NCBI GenBank assembly: GCA_037139275.1
Contig: JBAXGS010000001.1
Span: forward strand, 1 to 29,784
Direction: 5' to 3'
Source: a bacterium
Lineage (GTDB): Bacteria; Babelota; Babeliae; Babelales; JAUPTZ01
Length of the DNA stretch: 29,784 nucleotides
The notes under the pieces were generated by a model that did not search any database, was not told the DNA's origin, and worked only from the letters and a program-made list of their open reading frames with translations. Position numbers and translations under genes: made by a program. This document shows, in pieces, positions 8,869-17,261 of this stretch. Numbering within the stretch: the stretch's first letter is position 1; every line of letters begins with the position of its first letter.

Positions 8869-8896
8869 AGTCTATGCCGATCTTACTAAAAGTCAA
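8869..8896 (-). promoter_or_regulatory. Candidate sigma70 promoter for 7720..8775
   Basis: Minus strand TTGACT (8896-8891) - 16 nt - TAGACT (8874-8869). Confidence 0.45.
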
Positions 8897-8998
8897 ATTT
8901 TGAAATGTGAAAACAAAAAAACTCATTATTTAATGCTACTTTATTGCTCAATACACTGAGCTAGAGCATCACTTAAAAAGATACGCTGCGCGCAAAAA

Positions 8999-9838
8999 CT
9001 AGGTACCCCCGAGCGACACACAGCCGAAGGCATCAATCACCACCATCTCTTCTGCTGCAAGCCCCTCAAGAATTGTAGTGAATGTTACCTCACCAATTTC
9101 TCGTTTAATATCATGGATAACAATTTCACGTAAAACATCTACTGATCGCGGGAGAGACACAAGGGTAAGCGCCCGCAAAATACTGCCCCTTACTTGTCTA
9201 TCTGAGCCTTCAAAGCGAGACTGGGTTGTATGATGCTTACTTTTTCGACTTGGATTACCATGTTCTTTTTTAAGCATCACCCCATAATCCATTAATGCAT
9301 AATACCACTGACGAGGATTTTCCTGATCAACGGTTGATCTAATTAATGGCTCTAGATCACGGTCATGCACCTGGGTAGAATCCTTAAAAAAGAACTCTAT
9401 GTAGACTGATCGAATATTAGTCTCAATAAAAACAGTTGGTTCATTATATGCAAAAGCAAGAATGGATGATGCGGTTGCTTTACCAATTCCCGGAAGCGCA
9501 TTGAGTGCTGCCAGGTCACGCGGAATGATTCCCTGATGAGTACGAACAATCTCTTGTGCCGCTTGGTGTAAAAATTTTGCACGCCGATTATAACCCAGAC
9601 CCTGCCATACGGTTAAAACATCTGCAAGGGATGCTGCGGCGAGTGCATTAATAGTTGGAAAGGCGTTAATAAACTGCTCAAATTTTACCACAACCCGCTG
9701 GGTCTGCGTTTGCTGTAACATCACTTCCGATATAAAGACATAATAAGGATTTTCAACATCACGCCATGCAAATACACGCTTATGCTGCCTGTAGTATGTC
9801 TTAATCGTTTCAACAAAGGTAATAAGCTTCTTATCCAT
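8999..9838 (-). CDS. mutY: A/G-specific adenine glycosylase, MutY-like HhH-GPD; no 4Fe-4S motif and no MutT-like C-terminal domain
   Basis: SEVMLQQTQ, WQGLGYNRRAKFLH and HhH LPGIGKATA are present. Start moved to ATG 9838 (MDKKLITF), preceded by GTGGTGG; the ORF-track start at 9904 is probably too long. Confidence 0.85.
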   Translation of the reverse strand: MDKKLITFVETIKTYYRQHKRVFAWRDVENPYYVFISEVMLQQTQTQRVVVKFEQFINAFPTINALAAASLADVLTVWQGLGYNRRAKFLHQAAQEIVRTHQGIIPRDLAALNALPGIGKATASSILAFAYNEPTVFIETNIRSVYIEFFFKDSTQVHDRDLEPLIRSTVDQENPRQWYYALMDYGVMLKKEHGNPSRKSKHHTTQSRFEGSDRQVRGSILRALTLVSLPRSVDVLREIVIHDIKREIGEVTFTTILEGLAAEEMVVIDAFGCVSLGGT

Positions 9839-9930
9839 ATACCACCACATAATAAGGAGATGCAAAGCACAATACTTTTCGATATACTTCTTTGCAGGTA
9901 TCACTATTTTTCGTTTTTCAGGAATGTTTT

Positions 9931-10857
9931 ATGAACGGCATTATAATTCTTTACTACAAATATGTAACCATCGATAATCCCACAGAAATAATGGCGTGGA
10001 TTCGGCTTCTCTGCACAAAACTCAATCTCAAGGGACGGATTCTTATTAGCACTGAAGGCATTAATGGCACACTTGGTGGTATGCCCCAAGAAATTGAAGA
10101 ATTCAAGAAAATATTTTTAACCCACCCGCTATTTGGTGATACCGACATCAAAGAAAGTCCTGGCTCGGCCAATGATTTCCCGCGGCTTATGGTCAAAGTA
10201 AAAAAAGAAATTGTCGGCATGGGAATTGCCCCCGAAGCATTAACTGTCAAAGATACCGGGACGCATCTGACTCCAGAAGAAACTCACGCACTGATTGCAA
10301 ACAATAAAGATCTGATTATTCTTGATACACGCAACGATTACGAATCACGTATTGGCAAATTTGTAGAAGCGGTGATTCCACCACTCAAGACATTCCGCGA
10401 TTTTCCTCAATACATTGAAGACAATTTAGAATCATTTAAAGACAAAGAAGTACTTATGTACTGCACTGGCGGCGTCCGCTGCGAGCGAGCAACCGCACTT
10501 CTTAATGTAAAAAAAGTAGCAAAACAAGTGTACCAAATAAATGGTGGCATCTGCCGCTATGTAGAAAAATACCCTGACGGATTTTTCCGTGGCAAAAATT
10601 ATGTGTTTGATGATCGCATTGCGCTTCCCGTCAATAACGATATTTTGACGGATTGTGATGTGTGCCATAACCCCGCAGACACGTACACCAACTGTATGAA
10701 TACACAGTGTAATGTGCAATTTGTTGCGTGCATGGACTGCCGTGCACAATTTGATTACACCTGCTCGCAAGAATGCCATGATGCTATTATTGCAGGAACG
10801 GTAAAGCCACGCAAAAATAAAGTAGGTGTTATTGCATCTATGCACCACTCACAGTAA
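9931..10857 (+). CDS. trhO: Rhodanese-related tRNA U34 hydroxylase TrhO (YceA/UPF0176)
   Basis: LYYKY...LKGRILISTEGINGT, LDTRNDYE, YCTGGVRCE and a Cys-rich C-terminal domain are present. Start at ATG 9931 after CAGGAA. Confidence 0.9.
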   Translation: MNGIIILYYKYVTIDNPTEIMAWIRLLCTKLNLKGRILISTEGINGTLGGMPQEIEEFKKIFLTHPLFGDTDIKESPGSANDFPRLMVKVKKEIVGMGIAPEALTVKDTGTHLTPEETHALIANNKDLIILDTRNDYESRIGKFVEAVIPPLKTFRDFPQYIEDNLESFKDKEVLMYCTGGVRCERATALLNVKKVAKQVYQINGGICRYVEKYPDGFFRGKNYVFDDRIALPVNNDILTDCDVCHNPADTYTNCMNTQCNVQFVACMDCRAQFDYTCSQECHDAIIAGTVKPRKNKVGVIASMHHSQ

Positions 10858-10895
10858 TTTAAAACATGTCCCCGCAGCATTAAGAGGGACTTATT

Positions 10896-11699
10896 ATGAT
10901 AACAAAACATATTATTGCACTTATGTGCATCACAATCATCGGCATACAATATGCACAGCCTAGTTCGCCACCTTATAGCGTTGAAATACGCACAGAGGAG
11001 GAGTCCATTGCTCAAAACCAAAAAGCAAAAGAATTGCTCGCATTTATTTTCATAGACATTGACCCTGCTGCAAGATTAACCGAGCCGGAAATCTATGCTG
11101 CGGTCTGGAGGCACATTGATTCTATACTTGGCACCTGGTACCATCAGATTACCAAGACGAAACCAGATAGCACGCTTACACAGCGCAATGAACAAGTAAT
11201 GTTTTTTATTATCAACGCACTTATATTGCATGCACACGATACAGTAGAACAAGCAATGGCAAGGGGCACAGATGTTGATTGTAATAATATTGATATCAAA
11301 TACTACAAAGCAACAATAAACTTATTTCTCCGTGTTATGTATCAAACAATTATGATTAAAAAAAGAACAAGGCATAGAAGACATTACCGAGTCAGAGCCG
11401 AAGCATACAAGCACCACATATGCCGCTTAGAATGGATACTTTGCAACATGATCGATGATCTGCGCCCATCAGATTACGATACAACTGAAACCAGTAGTGA
11501 GAGCACTGATGAGTGCGGTAAAATAAGGCCTGTTTCTTTTGGATTTGAATCACAACTGCAGCGTTTGATAAAAAATTTTCCCGAATACGATTTTAGAACA
11601 ATACTTTCTAAATATTATAACGATGGCATGGATAGTGAAGATCCTGTGCTTAAAGCAATTCCAGTATTTCCTGATGCAGTACCTTTTACCATGGCATAA
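10896..11699 (+). CDS. Hypothetical exported, largely helical protein (267 aa)
   Basis: ORF with AGAGGGA RBS and signal-peptide-like N-terminus (MITKHIIALMCITIIGIQYA-QP). No recognised family. Confidence 0.75.
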   Translation: MITKHIIALMCITIIGIQYAQPSSPPYSVEIRTEEESIAQNQKAKELLAFIFIDIDPAARLTEPEIYAAVWRHIDSILGTWYHQITKTKPDSTLTQRNEQVMFFIINALILHAHDTVEQAMARGTDVDCNNIDIKYYKATINLFLRVMYQTIMIKKRTRHRRHYRVRAEAYKHHICRLEWILCNMIDDLRPSDYDTTETSSESTDECGKIRPVSFGFESQLQRLIKNFPEYDFRTILSKYYNDGMDSEDPVLKAIPVFPDAVPFTMA

Positions 11700-11781
11700 G
11701 ATGGCTGCTAAGGCCGCGTCCTTTGTTGAACTAAATCATGCGGCGGCCCTGCTGCTAAACCGCAACCGTGGTATTTTTAAA

Positions 11782-12627
11782 TTATCTACTGACTACCGAT
11801 TGTGATAAATCCTCTTGTGCCTTGGCAGCCGCAATCGCCCTTGCAAATTCTTTATTCAATTGCTCCACGCCACCTTTTTTGCGCATCAAACGGGTAATAA
11901 GTGGTTTTGCTCCCAGACTCATTATAGGCAACCATACTAACGATATAAAATTTCTCATGTTCCGCATATTTCCCGTAGTATCAGGCTTCATCTGACCCTG
12001 CTCATATGCATAATATGCATCATAGCCAGCCTTAAGTATTTTTTGAATAGCAAAAAAATAGAGCATAAATACAATAAAAGACCCTATTGTTTGAGTACAG
12101 AGACCAACAACCTCAGCTTTCTTACGATGACGACGCACGCTTTCCCAACTTACCACACCCATTCTCTTTTTAAACTCAGGGTCTTGCAGCAATGCGTACA
12201 ATACATCTGCATGTTTTGCATGTAGCTCGTGCATTTTTTTGCGTTTAAGGGCACCAGGAATACTAGCAGCGTATGCAACCATTGCAGGTGTCGCTAAAAT
12301 ACCCACTTGCTGGGCAAATGCTTTATCATCATTAGAACTAGCAGTAAAAGCACCATTTGTAGCAATGGCCCATATTACACTTGTTACTGCGCCACCTGTT
12401 GCCGCCAGCGGAATTACTTTTCCTTCTGCCGCTGCAGCAGCTAGTTGTTTCTTTTTAAACTCTTCAGCCGATTTAGCGGCAAGTGACCGTCCCTCAAGAT
12501 TACGGCTTACCGTATGCATCCAGCTTGGTGTAGCAAATACGGCGCACTCAACTACAGAAGAGGTCCAGAACGCCATTACAGCACAGTAAATAATTCTTGC
12601 ACATATTTGCAGCTTTCTCATCTTCAT
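11782..12627 (-). CDS. Hypothetical membrane protein (signal peptide plus two hydrophobic hairpins), tandem paralogue B
   Basis: Shares three near-identical blocks with 12624..13448. ATGA start/stop overlap at 12624-12627. Confidence 0.85.
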   Translation of the reverse strand: MKMRKLQICARIIYCAVMAFWTSSVVECAVFATPSWMHTVSRNLEGRSLAAKSAEEFKKKQLAAAAAEGKVIPLAATGGAVTSVIWAIATNGAFTASSNDDKAFAQQVGILATPAMVAYAASIPGALKRKKMHELHAKHADVLYALLQDPEFKKRMGVVSWESVRRHRKKAEVVGLCTQTIGSFIVFMLYFFAIQKILKAGYDAYYAYEQGQMKPDTTGNMRNMRNFISLVWLPIMSLGAKPLITRLMRKKGGVEQLNKEFARAIAAAKAQEDLSQSVVSR

Positions 12628-13448
12628 AAACTAACCATGCATACTGGCTCGGCATCTACTGCCACAACAGATTCATTCTTGTGCTTTTTTTTCGCCTCAG
12701 CCGCTGCAATTGCTTTTGCAAATTCTTTATTCAATTGCTCCACGCCACCTTTTTTACGGATTAAACGTGCAATAAGTGGCTTTGCTCCCAGGCTAATAAG
12801 AAGCGGCAGTAGCGCACAACCACTGATTGTCAGAATACCATAAAGATGTCCATCTCCTGTATGATGACCCTTATGCTCAGCATTACTAGCTAAAACCACC
12901 ATTACGAAAAAGGCTAAAACAGAGCCAATAGTCTGTACTGAGAGTCCAATTGCCTCAGCTTTCTTACGGCGGCGTCGAACACTTTCCCAACTCTCCACAC
13001 CCATTTTCTTTTTAAACTCAGAGTTTTGCAATAACGCATACAGTACATCTGCATGTTTTGCATGTAGCTCATGCATTTTTTTGCGCTTAAGCGCACCGGG
13101 AATATTTGCAGCATATACAGCAGCAGAAGCAACCATTCCTCCACCTATAATAAGTGGTTCCAACAAACGGTATTTATGGCTCGTATTAGAAGTATAGACA
13201 TTAATACCTTCCTTGACACCCATCCCAGTCATTGCCACTGCACCTGTTGCTGCCAGCGGAACTACTTTTCCTTCTGCAACCGCAGCTGCTAATTGTTTCT
13301 TTTTAAAATCTTCAGCTGATGTGGCAGTAAGTGACCGCCCCTCAAGATTACGGCTTGCCGTGTGCATCCAGCTTGGTGTAGCAAATACGGCGCACTGTAC
13401 TGATGGCACTACAGATAACAAAAACATCACATACATATAAAATTTCAT
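12624..13448 (-). CDS. Hypothetical membrane protein (signal peptide plus two hydrophobic hairpins), tandem paralogue A
   Basis: GAGGG RBS. Blocks CAVFATPSWMHT.SRNLEGRSL, IPGALKRKKMHELHAKHADVLYALLQ and SLGAKPLI.RL.RKKGGVEQLNKEFA are shared with paralogue B. Confidence 0.85.
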   Translation of the reverse strand: MKFYMYVMFLLSVVPSVQCAVFATPSWMHTASRNLEGRSLTATSAEDFKKKQLAAAVAEGKVVPLAATGAVAMTGMGVKEGINVYTSNTSHKYRLLEPLIIGGGMVASAAVYAANIPGALKRKKMHELHAKHADVLYALLQNSEFKKKMGVESWESVRRRRKKAEAIGLSVQTIGSVLAFFVMVVLASNAEHKGHHTGDGHLYGILTISGCALLPLLISLGAKPLIARLIRKKGGVEQLNKEFAKAIAAAEAKKKHKNESVVAVDAEPVCMVSL

Positions 13449-13617
13449 ACACCCTCATGGATTTTCATAAAAATTACGTGTCGCAAAAAACCCCAATCAC
13501 GCAGACGACTAGCAGCTGATTAGCAATGTTTATACTACTATATTACCAAATATACTAAAGCAAATACTATATTTTAAAACTTTAACTATTTATAAGAAAA
13601 GCCCTTCTTACCTCTCT

Positions 13618-13654
13618 AAAAAAAGCGAGAGGAAATATATATTTCCTCTCGCTT
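13618..13654 (-). terminator. Intrinsic terminator of nusA-infB
   Basis: Perfect 32-bp palindrome AAGCGAGAGGAAATATATATTTCCTCTCGCTT (13623-13654). The A7 run at 13618-13624 gives a U7 tail on the minus strand, 44 nt after the infB stop. Confidence 0.85.
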
Positions 13655-13698
13655 CATAAGTCATATATCTAAAAATACCGATTCAGTCACGGCGCAGA

Positions 13699-15993
13699 CT
13701 ATTCTTCTTCTTGTTGATGAGTAAAAATTGTTATGCGATCGCCTACAGCCCAGCCATGAAAGGTATCAGTAACAAATCCACAATCAAGCCCTGCGTAAAT
13801 CTCTTTCATATCTTTACGATCACGCTGTAATGTGGTTACTTTGCCGCTACCAATCTCTTCACGAGCACGAATACACACAACCTTGTCACCAACCTTCAAT
13901 ATGCCTTCTTTAATCATACAACCGGCAATGACCTTGTGGCCTTTGATTGGGAATATCTTGAGCACTTCTGCCTTACCTGCTTCAACCAGATGAACAATCT
14001 TGCAACGCTCTGTTTTAATAAGCGCTTCAACTTGCTCAAACAGATGATAAATAATCTCATGAAGGACAATTTCAACACGTTTTTCTTTAGCCATCAATTG
14101 TGCATTTTTATCCGCACGAACATGAAGTCCAAATAAACGCGCGCCAGTATCTGCAGCTCGAATCACATCATTTTCAGTAATCGGTCCTACTTCGCATGAC
14201 AGCAGCTCAACACGGATCGATTTATTCTTAGCATGTTGCTCCATCTTGTTTACTGCATCAATAATCGCTTGGCATGACCCTTGCATATCTGCTTTAAACA
14301 TAAGCCGAATGCCCGGCATGTCTGCCGCTTGCGTTTGAAGCGATGCGCTCGCCATAGAAATTGGCTTACGTGTATGCGTTTCTGCTCGCGCATCTTGATA
14401 TTGAGCAGCAGTCACCACTTCCAAATAATCGCCAAGCCCGTGCGTTTCATCAAATCCAATAACTTGTACCGGAATCGATGGTCCCGCTTCATCAATACAT
14501 TCACTATAACTATCAATCAGCAACCGAACTTTACCGGTTGTTTGTCCACAAATAAAATGATCACCTCTTCGAAGTGTTCCTTCTCTGCAGATCACCGTAA
14601 CGGCAAGGCCGTGTCCTTTTAATTGACGTGTTTCAAGAACAAATGCTCGTGCTGGCACAACCTTTGATGTTTTAAGATCAAGCATATCCGCCACAAGTCC
14701 AATCATATCAAGCAAATCGCTTACACCTTGACCTGTTTTTGCAGAAATTTGCACGCACACTGTTTCACCACCCCATTCTTCTGGCGTCAAGCCATGCTGG
14801 GCAAGTTGTGTGCGTAGTGTTTCCAATTGAGATTCTGAAGAAAGACGATCAATTTTATTAATCGCCACAATAATAGGCACTTCCGCTTGCTGAGCAAGCT
14901 TAATAGCCTCAACAGTTTGCGGCTTAATACCGTCATTAACTGCCACAATAATAATTGCAATATCAGTAACACGAGTTCCTCGCGTACGCATCGCAGAAAA
15001 CGCTTCGTGACCAGGTGTATCCAAAAAGATAGCACTGCGACCACCGGTTTTCACTTCATAAGCGCTCAGATGCTGCGTAATGCCACCTTTTTCTTTTGCA
15101 ACCACATTAGTCTTGCGTAAATAATCAAGCAGCGTAGTTTTACCATGATCCACGTGCCCCATCACTACCACAACAGGAAGCCGCTGTTCATACGTTTTAT
15201 CAGTAGGTGCTTGCGCTTTTTTATCAGCAGCCATTAACAGCGAAGTAGCTTCACCCTTCACCGGAGTGTTTACTTCTAATTCAATGGTAAATACTCCACA
15301 GAGCATTTTCATATCATCAACAGAAAGTGTCGCATGGATATTTTTTGCAATCCCATTTTTCAGCAAAACAAAAATAACTTCACTCACCGCTTTTCTCAGA
15401 AGCACAGCAGCATCAACAAGCAGTAAATCTCCTGCTATAGCCACTTTAGCAACAAGTGGTGGCGTAATGAGTGTTTCACGATTTGCGCGTGTTTGCTGTT
15501 GAACTTGTACTGACTCAACTTCTTCGTCATGCAAATCTTTTGTTTTTGCGGTACGTTTTTTAGATTGCGGAGTCTTTTTAGTCGATGCTTTTTTTTCAAG
15601 TAATGTTGTTGGTGCCGGGACCACATCACGTGATATTCCTGCTCCAGCTGGCCGCTTCCACGGCCCTTTCTTGTCATCACCAGCAGCATCAGGACGCGCA
15701 TCACCACTTCCCATTGGACGCGGAGTCCGCGCATAAGGCGCTGCAGGCCGATCGCTCGCAGTACTACCTGCTGGACGAGGTCCACGCGGCGGCGCTCCTT
15801 CTGCTCCCGCAGGGCGAGGCCCACGAGGACGAGCATAATTTCTATTGCCCCCAATAGTACGATTCAATAATGCTTCCATGTCCGCATTTAATTCAGACAT
15901 ATGATCAGTAACTTGATGTCCATTTTGCTTCAGGGTTTCAACAACATCCTTGCTCGATAGATTCTGCGCTTTGGCATACTCAATAATACGCAT
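13699..15993 (-). CDS. infB: Translation initiation factor IF-2
   Basis: IF2_N-like start, G1 MGHVDHGKTTLL, DTPGHEAF, NKID, C-terminal GLDCG. AAGGAG RBS lies in the end of nusA. Confidence 0.98.
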   Translation of the reverse strand: MRIIEYAKAQNLSSKDVVETLKQNGHQVTDHMSELNADMEALLNRTIGGNRNYARPRGPRPAGAEGAPPRGPRPAGSTASDRPAAPYARTPRPMGSGDARPDAAGDDKKGPWKRPAGAGISRDVVPAPTTLLEKKASTKKTPQSKKRTAKTKDLHDEEVESVQVQQQTRANRETLITPPLVAKVAIAGDLLLVDAAVLLRKAVSEVIFVLLKNGIAKNIHATLSVDDMKMLCGVFTIELEVNTPVKGEATSLLMAADKKAQAPTDKTYEQRLPVVVVMGHVDHGKTTLLDYLRKTNVVAKEKGGITQHLSAYEVKTGGRSAIFLDTPGHEAFSAMRTRGTRVTDIAIIIVAVNDGIKPQTVEAIKLAQQAEVPIIVAINKIDRLSSESQLETLRTQLAQHGLTPEEWGGETVCVQISAKTGQGVSDLLDMIGLVADMLDLKTSKVVPARAFVLETRQLKGHGLAVTVICREGTLRRGDHFICGQTTGKVRLLIDSYSECIDEAGPSIPVQVIGFDETHGLGDYLEVVTAAQYQDARAETHTRKPISMASASLQTQAADMPGIRLMFKADMQGSCQAIIDAVNKMEQHAKNKSIRVELLSCEVGPITENDVIRAADTGARLFGLHVRADKNAQLMAKEKRVEIVLHEIIYHLFEQVEALIKTERCKIVHLVEAGKAEVLKIFPIKGHKVIAGCMIKEGILKVGDKVVCIRAREEIGSGKVTTLQRDRKDMKEIYAGLDCGFVTDTFHGWAVGDRITIFTHQQEEE

Positions 15994-16002
15994 ACTGGGC
16001 GT

Positions 16003-17112
16003 TTACTCCTTTAACTGTTCAGCATCGCTATCAATGACAGCAGCGCTCTCTTTTTCTTGTACAACACCAAAACTCTCTGTTTCGGTATTTTTCTGCGACG
16101 TATCCTCTTGCAATTGCACATGCAAACCGGTCAAACGAGAAACTAAGGCGATGTTTTGTCCTTGTTTGCCAATTGCAAAAGAGCGTTGATCTTGAGCAAG
16201 CCATACTGTTGCACGACCATGAACTTCATCAACAAAAACTCGATCGATTTCTGCTGGCTTTAATGCGGTCGCAACTAATTGCTCGAGATCTTCGGTGTAT
16301 TCAATAAGATCGACTTTTTCTTGGCCAAGTTCTTTCAGGATGGGACGAATGCGGACACCGCCAACACCCACGCATGTTCCCACTGGATCAATGTCGGTGC
16401 TGTTTGATGCAACAACCACTTTTGATTTATAACCAGGAACGCGTACCACTTGCTTTACTTCAACAACTTTTTCAAAAATTTCTGGGATTTCAAGTTCAAG
16501 CAACTTCTGCACAAACAAACTTGAGGCGCGATCAAGCACCAACTGATGGTCGCCGCGTGCAGCAACAAGCACTTCTTTCAGCAATGCTCTCACAGGATAA
16601 CCAATACGCAAGTTCTCTTCAGGGATAGTACATGACTTTGGAAGAAACGCCATCGTTTCGCCCATTTTAACCACAAAGCCAGCACGCTCACGCTTATGAA
16701 CTCTACCGTTAACAATAGTGCCTTCTTTATCTTTAAATTCATCATATACCGCTTGCTGCTCAAGCGCGCGAATGCCGTGAGCAATAAATTGACGAGCTGC
16801 AGACATTTCAATGCGCCCGATTGTTTGGTCAAACGTCTCAAACACAGTACCACCAAGAGTTGCCGCATCATCAATCATTTTTGCTTTGCGGAGCGAAATC
16901 TCTGTAGCGCTTGTTGGACTACCTGCAACCACATGGCGCTGGACAAGAACTTCAACTACATTTGTTTTTGTGTTGTAGCGAGTCTGAAATACTAATTCAG
17001 GAAATTTTTTATGATAAGCCATGGCAACGCCATCTCGAATTACCGCAATGACTTTTTCTCGGTCAAGGCTCCGCTCATCAATTAATGATTCAATGACTTC
17101 AGCAAGATTCAC
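16003..17112 (-). CDS. nusA: Transcription termination/antitermination factor NusA
   Basis: IGRIEMSAARQ, S1 and KH motifs (RVPGYKSKVVV, DPVGTCVGVGGVRI, AIGKQGQNIALVSRLTG). Probable GTG start at 17112 with GGAG 8 nt upstream; the ORF-track start at 17160 is probably too long. Confidence 0.97.
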   Translation of the reverse strand: MNLAEVIESLIDERSLDREKVIAVIRDGVAMAYHKKFPELVFQTRYNTKTNVVEVLVQRHVVAGSPTSATEISLRKAKMIDDAATLGGTVFETFDQTIGRIEMSAARQFIAHGIRALEQQAVYDEFKDKEGTIVNGRVHKRERAGFVVKMGETMAFLPKSCTIPEENLRIGYPVRALLKEVLVAARGDHQLVLDRASSLFVQKLLELEIPEIFEKVVEVKQVVRVPGYKSKVVVASNSTDIDPVGTCVGVGGVRIRPILKELGQEKVDLIEYTEDLEQLVATALKPAEIDRVFVDEVHGRATVWLAQDQRSFAIGKQGQNIALVSRLTGLHVQLQEDTSQKNTETESFGVVQEKESAAVIDSDAEQLKE

Positions 17113-17202
17113 GATATAGACTCCAATATGCTTAAAAGAAAAATCCAGGGCAGCAAGCAAAACCCTGGAGGCTTGATACTATTGTACTTTGGTATGAGTA
17201 TC

Positions 17203-17230
17203 ATTCTACCTGTTTTGCTGAGAAAGTGAA
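17203..17230 (-). promoter_or_regulatory. Candidate sigma70 promoter for nusA-infB, directed away from the origin
   Basis: Minus strand TTCACT (17230-17225) - 16 nt - TAGAAT (17208-17203). Confidence 0.4.
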
Positions 17231-17261
17231 GTAACCAAGATATTTAGTTTTTTAGCCAGCC

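Noticed and set aside
9839-9930. Longer overlapping starts for mutY (9904) and trhO (9892)
   Set aside because: They would overlap head-to-head and add non-homologous N-termini. Downstream ATGs with SD-like sequences fit better.
10868-10890. GTCCC/GGGAC stem over the RBS of 10896..11699
   Set aside because: Only 5 bp with a long loop; expected by chance.
11712-11748. GGCCGC/GCGGCC stem as terminator between convergent genes
   Set aside because: 6 bp with a 25-nt loop and no U-tract.
14606-14616. AGGCCGTGTCC inside infB matching the MITE end
   Set aside because: Isolated 11-mer in coding sequence with no partner repeat.
15760-15830. PRGPRPAG duplicated in the IF-2 N-terminal linker
   Set aside because: Pro/Arg/Gly-rich repeats are ordinary in IF-2 linkers.
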